Shown here: positions 16,401 through 25,293 of the stretch, in pieces
Numbering within the stretch: the stretch's first letter is position 1
Layout of the letters: the number at the start of each line of letters is the position of its first letter
Source of the DNA: a virus
Lineage: Duplodnaviria > Caudoviricetes
Direction: 5' to 3' (one strand)
Virus record (IMG/VR): IMGVR_UViG_3300017903_001352
Span: 1 to 34,006 of that record
Length of the DNA stretch: 34,006 nt
Program-made: the position numbers and the translations under genes
The notes under the pieces: generated by a model
Seen by the model: the letters and a program-made list of their open reading frames with translations, nothing else
Database searches by the model: none
Told to the model about the DNA's origin: nothing

Positions 16401-18402
16401 TAGTAATTGGAACACGGGTTATAATAGATCTATTACCTCAGTTGCTTTTGATACCGGCACGGGGGTGCTTACCCTTAACCAACAGAACGGCGGTACTGTA
16501 ACAAAAGATTTAGACGGTAGATATTTACCATTATCCGGGGGAACACTAACGGGGACTCTTACCGTACAAGCGGTAATGGCGCAGTCTAACGCGGGTCCAA
16601 AGTTTCAACTAATAGAAACGGATGAGCAAGATCTAAATAAGGAAATATATTTAAACGGTGGGGACTTTTTTGTACGTAACCTAAATGATGACGGTACAAA
16701 TCCAACCGGAGAGAATATTCTTAAAATAAGCCACGCCGGTGTCGTAACCTTATTGGCTCAGGGTACTACAAACGCCGAAAACCTTAATGCTCTTTTTCAA
16801 AATTCGGACGGTGTTTTAAAACGTCGTACTCTTGGTTCTAATGCGTTTAACAGTACCACAATACCAACTAATAATAATCAGCTTACAAATGGCGCCGGTT
16901 ATATTACTTCTTTTGACATAACTACGCAAACAGACCCTAAGTATTTAAGAAGTGATGCAAGCGATACAACAACGGGCAACATTACTATAAGTAAAGATAA
17001 CCCTACGCTTACTTTAGTAGAAGCAAATAGCGCGACGGGTAGTTATCCAAGAATTAATTTTGATACGCAGAATAATCAAGGCGTATCACTTTATCATAGC
17101 GAGTTTGATAGTGAACTAACTGTAGATGGATATGGTCTTGTTTTAGATGCTTCATCAAGTAATACACAGTTTCCAACAACGGGGACACTTACTTTTAGTG
17201 TGCTAGGCGAAATTTACGCGGGGGGTACTTCGCTTGGTTCTTTAAATAAGGTATTTCACGATGGCTATCACCCTAATGCTGATACGCTTACAACTTCTAG
17301 AACCATTACACTAGGTGGCGACCTTACGGGCTCGGCGTCTTTTGATGGTAGTGCAGATATTACTATATCAGCCCAGGTATCTAATAACAGTCATACGCAC
17401 GATGATAGGTATTTACAACTATCCGGCGGTACGCTTACGGGTTCGGTAGACTCAAACTCAGAGATTAAGACAACCGACCATTTTACGACTGATTCAGGTG
17501 AACTTTTAAACTTAAATCAATCAAGTTGGGCAAACGAGCCTAATCATTATGTTTTATATAATGCTTGGACTTCTTCGACGGGTGATTATTTATTAGTTAA
17601 AGCTTCGGGTAATGCTACGGGCGAAGTTCACGGAACATTATTAATTGCCGATAATGGATTATACTACGGTAAAGACGGAGCGCAAGAGTCAGCCGAGGAT
17701 AGTGCTACCGCTCCTTTAGACACGACATTATTATACTTTAGATCTAATGGCTCTTACATTAATAGCGATTTAGAAGTAAGCGGAGATATTGAAACTGAAG
17801 AAATAAAAAGCGTAGCATACCCAAATAATAATTTTTTAAAGTTCAATGATGACCAGACCGTAGGAACTAATATGGTTACGCTTGGCTCTCTTGGTAAAAT
17901 GAATTTTATAGTAGATAGTAACGGTAATGATACTACGAGCCATTTTAGATGGGCTACCGATGGCGTGGATATGGACACAAATACCACCCTAATGACGTTA
18001 GACGATGAGGGCAATTTAAGCATTGAATCGGGAGACGTAGATATAAATGGTACACTTACGGCTACGGTAAAGTCTTTTGATATAAAACACCCTACGCAAG
18101 ATGGAAAGCGTTTAGTATATGGTGTTCTTGAAGGTCCCGAGCACGCCGTATTTTATAGAGGTCGCTCAAATTCTAGATATATAGAATTACCCGAGGAATG
18201 GACCGGGTTAATAGACCCGGAAACTATTACCGTACAACTTACACCCGCAAGCAAACCAAAAACATATTACTATAAAGGCTACAAAGATAATAAAATAGAG
18301 GTCGGCGTTAGTGGTTGGAATTGGAATTATGATTATTTTTATATAGTACACGCTACTCGTATAGACGTAGAACCATTACAGACGGTGCAAGATGCTGATT
18401 AA
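13498..18402 (+). CDS. Large tail tip/hub protein fused to a fibre
   Basis: 1634 aa directly after TMP; N-terminal 580 aa like FCB-phage tail proteins; ARTNLGLG and YLPLSGGTLTG fibre motifs; C-terminal KSFDIKHP...LEGPE...IELPEEW domain typical of marine phage fibres. Confidence 0.8.
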   Translation: MAYGLKYYFVDKKIVTSTTVTYRFEILQENYTGSATEWNGVSIQRQYEESSLRDIKSIQKGSVSGTIRVEDATQRGVIETIAGSQIGDYKVQLKKDNSVVWTGYVVPDLINISEENYRNQTADIVAKDLLFTGDFTLDTGDEKAIVLIADILDTLGYGLNITSYTSWTDTTLTTTDDILNQSYHKKDRLRIFAQTDNDEDRALTNEQALEYILKAYGIILRQANGTWNLIQISAFETTSAVRRYIYNSSGSQTSSETDYQLGSVLAQGDLRLFGATSNNYYAGVKKVESRFDHNTNIQGIKLNREYWITDGSDITKSQFIQSDGTGNIELFFVTWFAKTTAIDLGNPNVLDVQIYVDTASTDYYWNGTAWQTTPTTIDIDVEATYSTQDSDDNYVHKNNGVSIVTTGIPDGSDGTLYVKFITDELIQNYAYWYLRSVDLKVAYSDQVGGVSEGIEYELVQTGSYSHIYDYGTYYYGGGPTSGALSALRDSSGDLLGSWKRSTDSSATSHAELLLRERLDIMRGQRRNMRGVLYGEYEPDKALNYDSTVFFFLGGSWDSSTYQWNANFIELDVDTATDDDFNIFYITEGEGTTSGSVGSLSTSTGSGSLYLEKSKNLQDVTSASTARTNLGLGATSDVDFGQVTGSSFVKENGQSDEFLKADGSVDDSTYLTQSDTDALYDDYNYFSVSDGSSTFNVGSQQTMSITASGASSLTYDTETRSINISSTDTNTDTNHYLNTVTWDSGTGVLSFDMIGTPDFTVDIDGRYLEAHPTIANVPSDSTNTDNTVIQSLGFDTFGHVDSVATKDFTNVFDKYSSWTATVGTDTATIGSADSLEFRGGDNVTIELSGSQLTINASTGGDGDITAVNTDTNSGLAGGVTSGSADLSLNITNLPTLTASGGSESIAIQDGNTTKNIAISNISLSHFNDDLTYLTSETSHDDVVVDGDFTANGLMKRTALGTYATITDSSSNWNTGYNRSITSVAFDTGTGVLTLNQQNGGTVTKDLDGRYLPLSGGTLTGTLTVQAVMAQSNAGPKFQLIETDEQDLNKEIYLNGGDFFVRNLNDDGTNPTGENILKISHAGVVTLLAQGTTNAENLNALFQNSDGVLKRRTLGSNAFNSTTIPTNNNQLTNGAGYITSFDITTQTDPKYLRSDASDTTTGNITISKDNPTLTLVEANSATGSYPRINFDTQNNQGVSLYHSEFDSELTVDGYGLVLDASSSNTQFPTTGTLTFSVLGEIYAGGTSLGSLNKVFHDGYHPNADTLTTSRTITLGGDLTGSASFDGSADITISAQVSNNSHTHDDRYLQLSGGTLTGSVDSNSEIKTTDHFTTDSGELLNLNQSSWANEPNHYVLYNAWTSSTGDYLLVKASGNATGEVHGTLLIADNGLYYGKDGAQESAEDSATAPLDTTLLYFRSNGSYINSDLEVSGDIETEEIKSVAYPNNNFLKFNDDQTVGTNMVTLGSLGKMNFIVDSNGNDTTSHFRWATDGVDMDTNTTLMTLDDEGNLSIESGDVDINGTLTATVKSFDIKHPTQDGKRLVYGVLEGPEHAVFYRGRSNSRYIELPEEWTGLIDPETITVQLTPASKPKTYYYKGYKDNKIEVGVSGWNWNYDYFYIVHATRIDVEPLQTVQDAD

Positions 18403-18568
18403 AGTTACATACAACAAGCAAGACGGATCTATAACGTTAGACAAAGACGTTAAAAATATAGAGCTATCTCAGTCTAGTATTGAAGATGATACAGATCAGC
18501 TTTACTTTGAAATAGCCGTCGATACTAGCGAATATGAGCATACGCAAAGTATAGAGGAGGCAGTATAA
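18392..18568 (+). CDS. Small acidic protein (58 aa), not in the ORF track
   Basis: MLIKVTYNKQDGSITLDKDV...EEAV*; overlaps the upstream stop and is TAATG-coupled to 18568. Confidence 0.75.
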   Translation: MLIKVTYNKQDGSITLDKDVKNIELSQSSIEDDTDQLYFEIAVDTSEYEHTQSIEEAV

Positions 18569-21072
18569 TGGCTTCGCTAACGTCTACACAATCCGGTAAC
18601 TTTAATAGTTCTTCAACTTGGGGAGGTTCTACGCCCGCCGATGGAGATACGTTTACTATTACGGCGGGACACCTTGTTACAGTAAATAGCGATTTAAGGC
18701 CTACAAATGGTTATGGTGATATAACTTGCCACGGTAAATTATATATAACGAATAACGGGCAATTTAGGCTAAATGGGCGTATAACTGTAAGAGCTAGTAG
18801 TAAGACGTCTTTTTTTACCGAGGGCGTAAGTACGTCGGGCGGAGCCTTTGTTATGGACTCGGGTAGTAGGTTAGAAATAAGAGGGGATAATTCAGCCCAA
18901 CACGGGATATGGAACGAGACAGAACGATACACTACGCTAGAATGTGTAGGCTCGGAAAAGAATTTAAATACTACATTATCTAGTGAGCATACATATAACT
19001 CTAGTTACTTTACCGTAGCTAGTGCTACTAACTTTTCGGCGGGCGATTGGATTACCGTATTTAACAGAGATAGCGATTATATAGTATGTCCGGACGAAGG
19101 TTTTTGGGTTCACGATGTAGACACGTCAAACAATAGAATATATTTTAGACAGTTTGTAAGCCCTACGGCTACTATATCTAGTTATTTTTATTCCGATATA
19201 TATGTAGATAATGCTAGAAAATTTAAAGTGGGTTATAAAATAGTTTTTGGCACGGGATCTAATAGAAACGTACACACTATAACGGCTATTGATAAGGGTG
19301 CTAATAAGATTACTTGCGATGGTATTGTTAGCGGAAATGTAACCGATGAGATTGTATACCAAACCGGTAACGAGAAAATACAAGAATCCGGTAACTTGGT
19401 TAAACGTATGGCCACTACTCTTACGTCCGCCTCAACGTCCGGAGGAGATATAATTACTGTTGGTAACGCTTCGGATATAAATGTTGGCGATGAAATTATA
19501 ATAGACGTTAATAATGATAGTCTAAACAGTTGGGATTATAACGCAAAATATACCGTACAAAGTAAAGAAGGTAACGAACTCACTTTAACAAGTAGCTTGA
19601 GTTATGACCATAAGGCGGGTAGTATTGTAACTATTGTTACAAGGGATTGCGAGATACACGCGGTAGACACAAGTAGTAATACTAGGCCGTTTATATATGT
19701 AGAATATTGGACGTCTAGTAATGGCTACGATAGGCGTGTAAGATTTCAAAACGTACATTTTAAAGGATTAGGCCGTAACACTTCTAGCACATACTACGGC
19801 GGTGTAATGATTGCCGGTTTTACGGGAATATATAGAGCGGGAGACTCTAGACACCAATATCAAAGTCGTATAGATTCGTGCGTATATGATTCACCTAATA
19901 ATAGAAGCTCTTACTCTGGTTTAGATTGTAGACAGAGTTATTATTTTAGATTTAGAAATAATGTTAGTTATAACTGCGATCGGGGTATATGGGCGTGGAG
20001 TACTAACTATGATATGAAAATAACAAACAACTACGCAACTAGAACTCAATACGGCGGGTTTGTTCTTGATAGTAATTATAACCCTTATGCAGAGATGTCT
20101 TATAATTATGCAACTCGTTCTGATGATTATGGGTTTATGATAAGCCACGTAAGAGAGTTAAATACTATAAGGCATATAATATTACTAAATAACGAACAAA
20201 GACCTTGGTATACTTTCTACGCTCAAGCTCAAGGCGCTATTTTTGAGCGCATTTATGCAGATGGGTACAGAAGGCCACCGCATTTAACTGTATCGGGCGG
20301 TCCGTTAATATTTATAGAGTCTCAAATACAACCTAATAGGTGGGACGGATCGGCAGAGGACGGAAGCGGACAAGTATATAGTAATTATATTATAGGTTAC
20401 TCGACAGATGCTAGAGCAGAATACCAAAGACAAGGGGGCTCTAGTGGTGTAGGTTTATATATAGATTGGGGATTTGAAGAGGGTAAAATAGCTAATCAAG
20501 GTATGGGAGGTATAAGAGTATGGAACGAAACGGAGAAGTATTGGGACGTACAAGTAGCCGGAGACGATAATAATTACGGGTGGTTTGAGTCTCTTTTTGT
20601 TCCGGCAAATACTCGCGCTTTTGTTTCTTGTGATGTACAATGTGTTAGCGGATTTACGGGAACTAGGCCCTATTTATTTGCTAAGTCTCATAGAGGCGGG
20701 CAAAAAATGGGACGTTATGAACCGGATTACCCGGGATATACTAGCATTAAGACAAGTACGCAAACCTCTACGCTAAGAGGTGCTAAACTAGGATTTAGAG
20801 AAATAGCACAATATTCTACTGCTAGCCTCGGAGCTTTTGAAACTAAAACGCTAACGGTAGAGGGTCAGCCAATGGGATATTATTTAATAACGGGGGTCTA
20901 TAATTCTAGTACTAACATACGAGAGGAGGGTTATAAGATGAGAGATATAAAAATTTATTTAGAGCAGTCTTATAATGGGGCCATAATAAGAGTTAATAAG
21001 CAACAGAGTAGCCAGGGAGTACGCTCTAATGCTACTACACCACTAAGACGAATAGGAGGACGAATTGGCTAA
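18568..21072 (+). CDS. Tail spike-like protein with G8-like N-terminus and parallel beta-helix (putative depolymerase)
   Basis: SGNFNSSSTWGGSTPADGD..TI..GH.VTV N-terminus; Asn/Tyr-rich repeats (FRNNVSYN, ITNNYATR, MSYNYATR). Confidence 0.65.
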   Translation: MASLTSTQSGNFNSSSTWGGSTPADGDTFTITAGHLVTVNSDLRPTNGYGDITCHGKLYITNNGQFRLNGRITVRASSKTSFFTEGVSTSGGAFVMDSGSRLEIRGDNSAQHGIWNETERYTTLECVGSEKNLNTTLSSEHTYNSSYFTVASATNFSAGDWITVFNRDSDYIVCPDEGFWVHDVDTSNNRIYFRQFVSPTATISSYFYSDIYVDNARKFKVGYKIVFGTGSNRNVHTITAIDKGANKITCDGIVSGNVTDEIVYQTGNEKIQESGNLVKRMATTLTSASTSGGDIITVGNASDINVGDEIIIDVNNDSLNSWDYNAKYTVQSKEGNELTLTSSLSYDHKAGSIVTIVTRDCEIHAVDTSSNTRPFIYVEYWTSSNGYDRRVRFQNVHFKGLGRNTSSTYYGGVMIAGFTGIYRAGDSRHQYQSRIDSCVYDSPNNRSSYSGLDCRQSYYFRFRNNVSYNCDRGIWAWSTNYDMKITNNYATRTQYGGFVLDSNYNPYAEMSYNYATRSDDYGFMISHVRELNTIRHIILLNNEQRPWYTFYAQAQGAIFERIYADGYRRPPHLTVSGGPLIFIESQIQPNRWDGSAEDGSGQVYSNYIIGYSTDARAEYQRQGGSSGVGLYIDWGFEEGKIANQGMGGIRVWNETEKYWDVQVAGDDNNYGWFESLFVPANTRAFVSCDVQCVSGFTGTRPYLFAKSHRGGQKMGRYEPDYPGYTSIKTSTQTSTLRGAKLGFREIAQYSTASLGAFETKTLTVEGQPMGYYLITGVYNSSTNIREEGYKMRDIKIYLEQSYNGAIIRVNKQQSSQGVRSNATTPLRRIGGRIG

Positions 21073-24000
21073 AGACGTAATAATTACACCCGCCGACGGG
21101 GACGTACAATTTAAAAACGCTTCTAGTGTTGACGCCGGCCGTATAGAACAAACGGGCGACGATATAGCTATTACTAATGCGGTCGGGGACGTTCTTATAG
21201 GTGATGGCTCGAGCGACTTGTATATAGGTGATGGGGTAGCAAGTGTAGACCTAGTATTTGACGTAAACGGCTCTGTTAGAGGTGAGTCAGGTGTTACCCT
21301 TACTTTGGGCGCTAGCGGATCTACTACGGCAATAGCGGGCCTTAGTTCGTCATCAGAAACAAGCGCCGTAATGCGTAACACAACTACGGGGGCTTTAACA
21401 TACAGAACGTTAGGATCTAACGCCTTTAATAGTACTTCTTATTTACCATTAACGGGTGGTACGCTTACTGATGATGTAACAGTTGGCTCTTTTGGTAATA
21501 ATAACGCAGAGTTTTCTCTTGGACAAACAATAGCAAATAAAGTTTTTAGTTATGGCGTAGAGTTTCAAACAAAAAACACAGACATTCAGCTCGTATTAGG
21601 TAGAAATAATGGAACTGCCGTTCAGGGCACGGGAGGTATTGGAGCAAGTGCTACCAATGCTTTTCATATATATGATACAACATCTGTAACTAAATTATTT
21701 GAAGTAGCGCAAACTAGCGGTGATACAACTATTGCTGGTGATGTTGATGTTAGTGGTGGTACAGTAACAATACAAAGTACCGGAACTGCTACGCTAATAT
21801 TAGATGGAGATTCTAATGATGTGGATGATACCGGGCAAACTGATTCTATTATTGATATGCGCCACGATGGTGGCACTTATGGTATGCGTCTGTCTGCAAG
21901 GAATTATAGCGGTAAATCAGCTTTTAGAATACAAGAGAATCGTAACGGTACTTATTCAGAGAGATTTTACATAGACGAAGATGGTCTAATAGGGCTTGGA
22001 ACAACCGATCCCAATGTAGATTTACATATATATAAAAGTGGTAGCACTTACTTAAAACTACAACGAACTACGGTTGGTTCGGAAGGGCAACTAATGTTAG
22101 GGGCAACAAATAGCGATAATAGAATATATAGCCACGGAGTAAATACCTCTACGGGAAAAGACTTAGTAATAAATTTTGGGGGCAACGATACACACGCCTT
22201 TAATAGTAATGGTAGTGTCGGTCTAGGAACAATTACGCCGAATAGTAACGCTAGGCTAAATGTTATGGGTAATGCTACTTTTGGTAAGCCTGGCAACGGT
22301 CAAAATACTTCGGGTAGATTTATTAGTATTGAAGGTAATACAGATTCAGCCGGTGAAGGTTCGGGAAGAATATTCTTTTCAGAGCACAACAGTTCTACGG
22401 CTAGTATGTCAAAATTCGGTATGTCTATCGGGTACAGAGGTGGTGGCACTACAATAACGGGCGCTGATGGTAACGATTGGACCGGGCTAAGTCTTATAGA
22501 TAATGGCGAGTGGGGTATGTGGGGGCACGATAATAGCGCTCAAGGCTCTCTAATAATGCACGGTGATAGAGCGGGCACATTTACTAATATGAGTACTAGG
22601 CTTGGAATAAATGGAGACCCCGCTACTGATTATAAATTAGATGTAAATGGTGCGGGTAGGTTTTATAGGGATCTAGTTGTAGGTGGGATAACTACAAGTA
22701 GTAGTACTATTAATTATGAAAATGTTTTAAGAGTCAAAGGTAAAAATAATTATTCAGACGGTACTACTTGGTATGGAGACTATGGGCAGATATTGCTAGA
22801 CGCTAATACCAATATGACCGGTAGTGCAAGAAAGTTCTTAATAACGAATGCTTTAGGTAATAATAAATTTGCTATTGTTAGATCTGTCGATGCCGGTACC
22901 GACCCTATTGTAAATTCAGTAGGTGGTGGTTCCACGCCAAGTAGCGGTGTTGCTGATTTTGTTATTGATTATACGGGTAAGATAGGTATAGGCAAAACCA
23001 CACCGCTAGCTAAAATGGAAATTAACGGAGGCTTGTTAGTTGGAGGTACTACATTTTCTAAAAATACTAACTCATACGCTACGGGTAATATATCTTTAGA
23101 TAATGGAAGTAATGATAGTGGCGGTATTCATTTTTATTATGCTAATAATACTAACTATGGTATAGACGTAGCCTCTAGCGAGATGAGGTTTGTTCATAAC
23201 CTAGATGAGTCGGGCGGATCGGTTAAGATGTCTTTAAATACAAGTGGAGACCTTGACATTAGTGGCGATTTATACACAAGTGGCGGTATAGTACAGTCTG
23301 ATGGGGTAGACTTACAATTAATAAGAAATATATCCTATGACAAGATAGTAATAAAAGATACTCAAATTGACTTTGACTTAGACCAAGCTACTAGATTTAA
23401 AATTACAAATGATGGTACTACACATTTTAGATTTGGTGGGGCAAATTACGAGGAAGTTACGTTTAGTCATACGGCTAGTTATGGTAACGGAACTATGCAA
23501 ATACAACCCGTTACAATACCTGGCTCAGGTACGGCTAATTTCTACACTCATTTTGCACAAAACTCAGGAGTAGGAACAACAACCCACAACGTAGTAATAG
23601 ACCACGATTTATATGTGGGCGACCAAATAATACACTCAGGTGATACTAACACCTATATGCAGTTCCATGCCGAAGACCAATGGCGTGTCGTTACGGGTGG
23701 AAATGAAAGAATACAGGTAGCAAACGGTGGGATAGTTATAAATGATGGCTCGAATGATTATGACTTGAGGGTAGAATCTAATGGTAATGCCAATATGCTC
23801 AAAGTAGATGGCGGTAATGATGCCGTAGGTATTGGTGTGAATCCTAACAGTGCAAATGCTCTTCACGTTTATGGTGCCGTAAGTGATGCGCCACTAAGGG
23901 TTCAGTCAGGTGATACACATACGGGCATCACGTTTCAAGACCCAAACGGAACAAATCATCTGTTTTATTATGGAAGTCAAAACCATTTCTACTTGAATGG

Positions 24001-24580
24001 TTCAGGTGTTACGTTTGGTGTTGGTGTTAATTCAATTACAACTACTAACCTTTCTTTAGATGTAGAAAACAAAGTGCGAGCAAGTGGTATTATGTTTGGA
24101 ACAGATACCGCAGACGCTAATACCCTTGACGATTACGAGGAGGGTTCTTGGACACCTATATATGCTTCCACGGGTTCGAGTATTGACTCTGTTACTTATG
24201 ATACAGATGTTAGATTTGGTAGGTATATTAAAATAGGTAATGTAGTTCACCTTTGGGGTCGTATAAGAACAGATGGCTTAATTTGGTTTACAAATAGTGG
24301 GTCGGTATATATTGACGGTATGCCTTTTCCCGCTACTCAAGCACTTTCAAACGGAACTTTAACTTTTGCAGGTTGCGTTGGTTATGCTAATAATTTTAGC
24401 GGAGAAGAACCGCAAAAAATAGGTATGTCAGGTGGTTCAACAGATAGGTTATATTTATATTATAACTCAAGTTCAACCGCAAACTCCGCAAATGTAAACG
24501 TAGCAGATTTAGGCGGATCTAGTGGTAGTGGTACTAATGCAAACGATGTAATGTTTCAAGTAACTTATAGAACAGATTAA
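21065..24580 (+). CDS. Long tail fibre / receptor-binding protein
   Basis: 1171 aa; repeated G.+GIGT..P...L.V shaft units; C-terminal ANTLDDYEEGSWTP...GRYIKIGNVV domain; TTG start. Confidence 0.85.
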   Translation: MAKDVIITPADGDVQFKNASSVDAGRIEQTGDDIAITNAVGDVLIGDGSSDLYIGDGVASVDLVFDVNGSVRGESGVTLTLGASGSTTAIAGLSSSSETSAVMRNTTTGALTYRTLGSNAFNSTSYLPLTGGTLTDDVTVGSFGNNNAEFSLGQTIANKVFSYGVEFQTKNTDIQLVLGRNNGTAVQGTGGIGASATNAFHIYDTTSVTKLFEVAQTSGDTTIAGDVDVSGGTVTIQSTGTATLILDGDSNDVDDTGQTDSIIDMRHDGGTYGMRLSARNYSGKSAFRIQENRNGTYSERFYIDEDGLIGLGTTDPNVDLHIYKSGSTYLKLQRTTVGSEGQLMLGATNSDNRIYSHGVNTSTGKDLVINFGGNDTHAFNSNGSVGLGTITPNSNARLNVMGNATFGKPGNGQNTSGRFISIEGNTDSAGEGSGRIFFSEHNSSTASMSKFGMSIGYRGGGTTITGADGNDWTGLSLIDNGEWGMWGHDNSAQGSLIMHGDRAGTFTNMSTRLGINGDPATDYKLDVNGAGRFYRDLVVGGITTSSSTINYENVLRVKGKNNYSDGTTWYGDYGQILLDANTNMTGSARKFLITNALGNNKFAIVRSVDAGTDPIVNSVGGGSTPSSGVADFVIDYTGKIGIGKTTPLAKMEINGGLLVGGTTFSKNTNSYATGNISLDNGSNDSGGIHFYYANNTNYGIDVASSEMRFVHNLDESGGSVKMSLNTSGDLDISGDLYTSGGIVQSDGVDLQLIRNISYDKIVIKDTQIDFDLDQATRFKITNDGTTHFRFGGANYEEVTFSHTASYGNGTMQIQPVTIPGSGTANFYTHFAQNSGVGTTTHNVVIDHDLYVGDQIIHSGDTNTYMQFHAEDQWRVVTGGNERIQVANGGIVINDGSNDYDLRVESNGNANMLKVDGGNDAVGIGVNPNSANALHVYGAVSDAPLRVQSGDTHTGITFQDPNGTNHLFYYGSQNHFYLNGSGVTFGVGVNSITTTNLSLDVENKVRASGIMFGTDTADANTLDDYEEGSWTPIYASTGSSIDSVTYDTDVRFGRYIKIGNVVHLWGRIRTDGLIWFTNSGSVYIDGMPFPATQALSNGTLTFAGCVGYANNFSGEEPQKIGMSGGSTDRLYLYYNSSSTANSANVNVADLGGSSGSGTNANDVMFQVTYRTD

Positions 24581-24581
24581 T

Positions 24582-24836
24582 ATGTTAGAAAAAATAGAAA
24601 GCTTTACTAAAATAGAAATTACGGAGCAAGGTAAAATAATGCTTCGTAAAACAACAAAAATTATTGAAGATGGTAACGTATTATCGCAAAGTCACCATAG
24701 GGAAATGCGATACCCTAACGATGACATTACCGACTTACCACAAAACATACAAGACACTATAAACGCATATTGGACTCAAGACGTCATAGATGCGTGGAAC
24801 GCTTTACAACAACAAATAAACGAAGAATCACAATGA
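24582..24836 (+). CDS. Small fibre-associated (assembly) protein
   Basis: KIEI...LRKTTKIIEDG.VLSQSHHR...INAYWT, a type that commonly follows DDYEEG-type fibres. Confidence 0.65.
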   Translation: MLEKIESFTKIEITEQGKIMLRKTTKIIEDGNVLSQSHHREMRYPNDDITDLPQNIQDTINAYWTQDVIDAWNALQQQINEESQ

Positions 24837-25069
24837 GCCATATAGATAAAACATACAATTCCTTAACTATTGACGTAAGTGGTAGCGTATCAGTACGCAC
24901 CCATTCTAATTTCTGTAACGACGACGAAGTAGTAGTAGCTACGGCTAGAGAAAAAGAGTATTTTGTAAAAGATGCAGATATTAGTAACTTACCCGCGCAT
25001 TATCAAAATGCTATAAATGCTTTTTGGGCGGGTATAGTAACAGAAGAAACAACAGAAGAAAATGGATAG
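24833..25069 (+). CDS. Paralogue of the preceding fibre-associated protein
   Basis: ATGA overlap gives start 24833; DISNLPAHYQNAINAFW aligns with DITDLPQNIQDTINAYW. Confidence 0.65.
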   Translation: MSHIDKTYNSLTIDVSGSVSVRTHSNFCNDDEVVVATAREKEYFVKDADISNLPAHYQNAINAFWAGIVTEETTEENG

Positions 25070-25223
25070 AATAGAAGAACTCAAAGAACAATTAGAAAAA
25101 TTAAAAGCAGACCATAATAAAATGGTTATGCTTATTAATGAAACTAACTACCTCTTACAAGGGTATGAAAATGCCAAAAAAGAAGAAGAAGAGAAGGCAA
25201 AAGAGGAAAATACCGACTCTTAA
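25062..25223 (+). CDS. Small coiled-coil protein (53 aa), not in the ORF track
   Basis: MDRIEELKEQLEKLKADHNKMVMLINE...; overlaps the upstream stop. Confidence 0.7.
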   Translation: MDRIEELKEQLEKLKADHNKMVMLINETNYLLQGYENAKKEEEEKAKEENTDS

Positions 25224-25293
25224 TAACTTGTTAATAATTTTGGTTTTTACATTTTTTTAAATAATTTCTAAAAACCTTAATTAAGTCGGGGTA

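Noticed and set aside
13498-24580. Diversity-generating retroelement or invertible fibre cassette
   Set aside because: No reverse transcriptase or invertase, and no long near-identical TR/VR or inverted repeat pair was seen.
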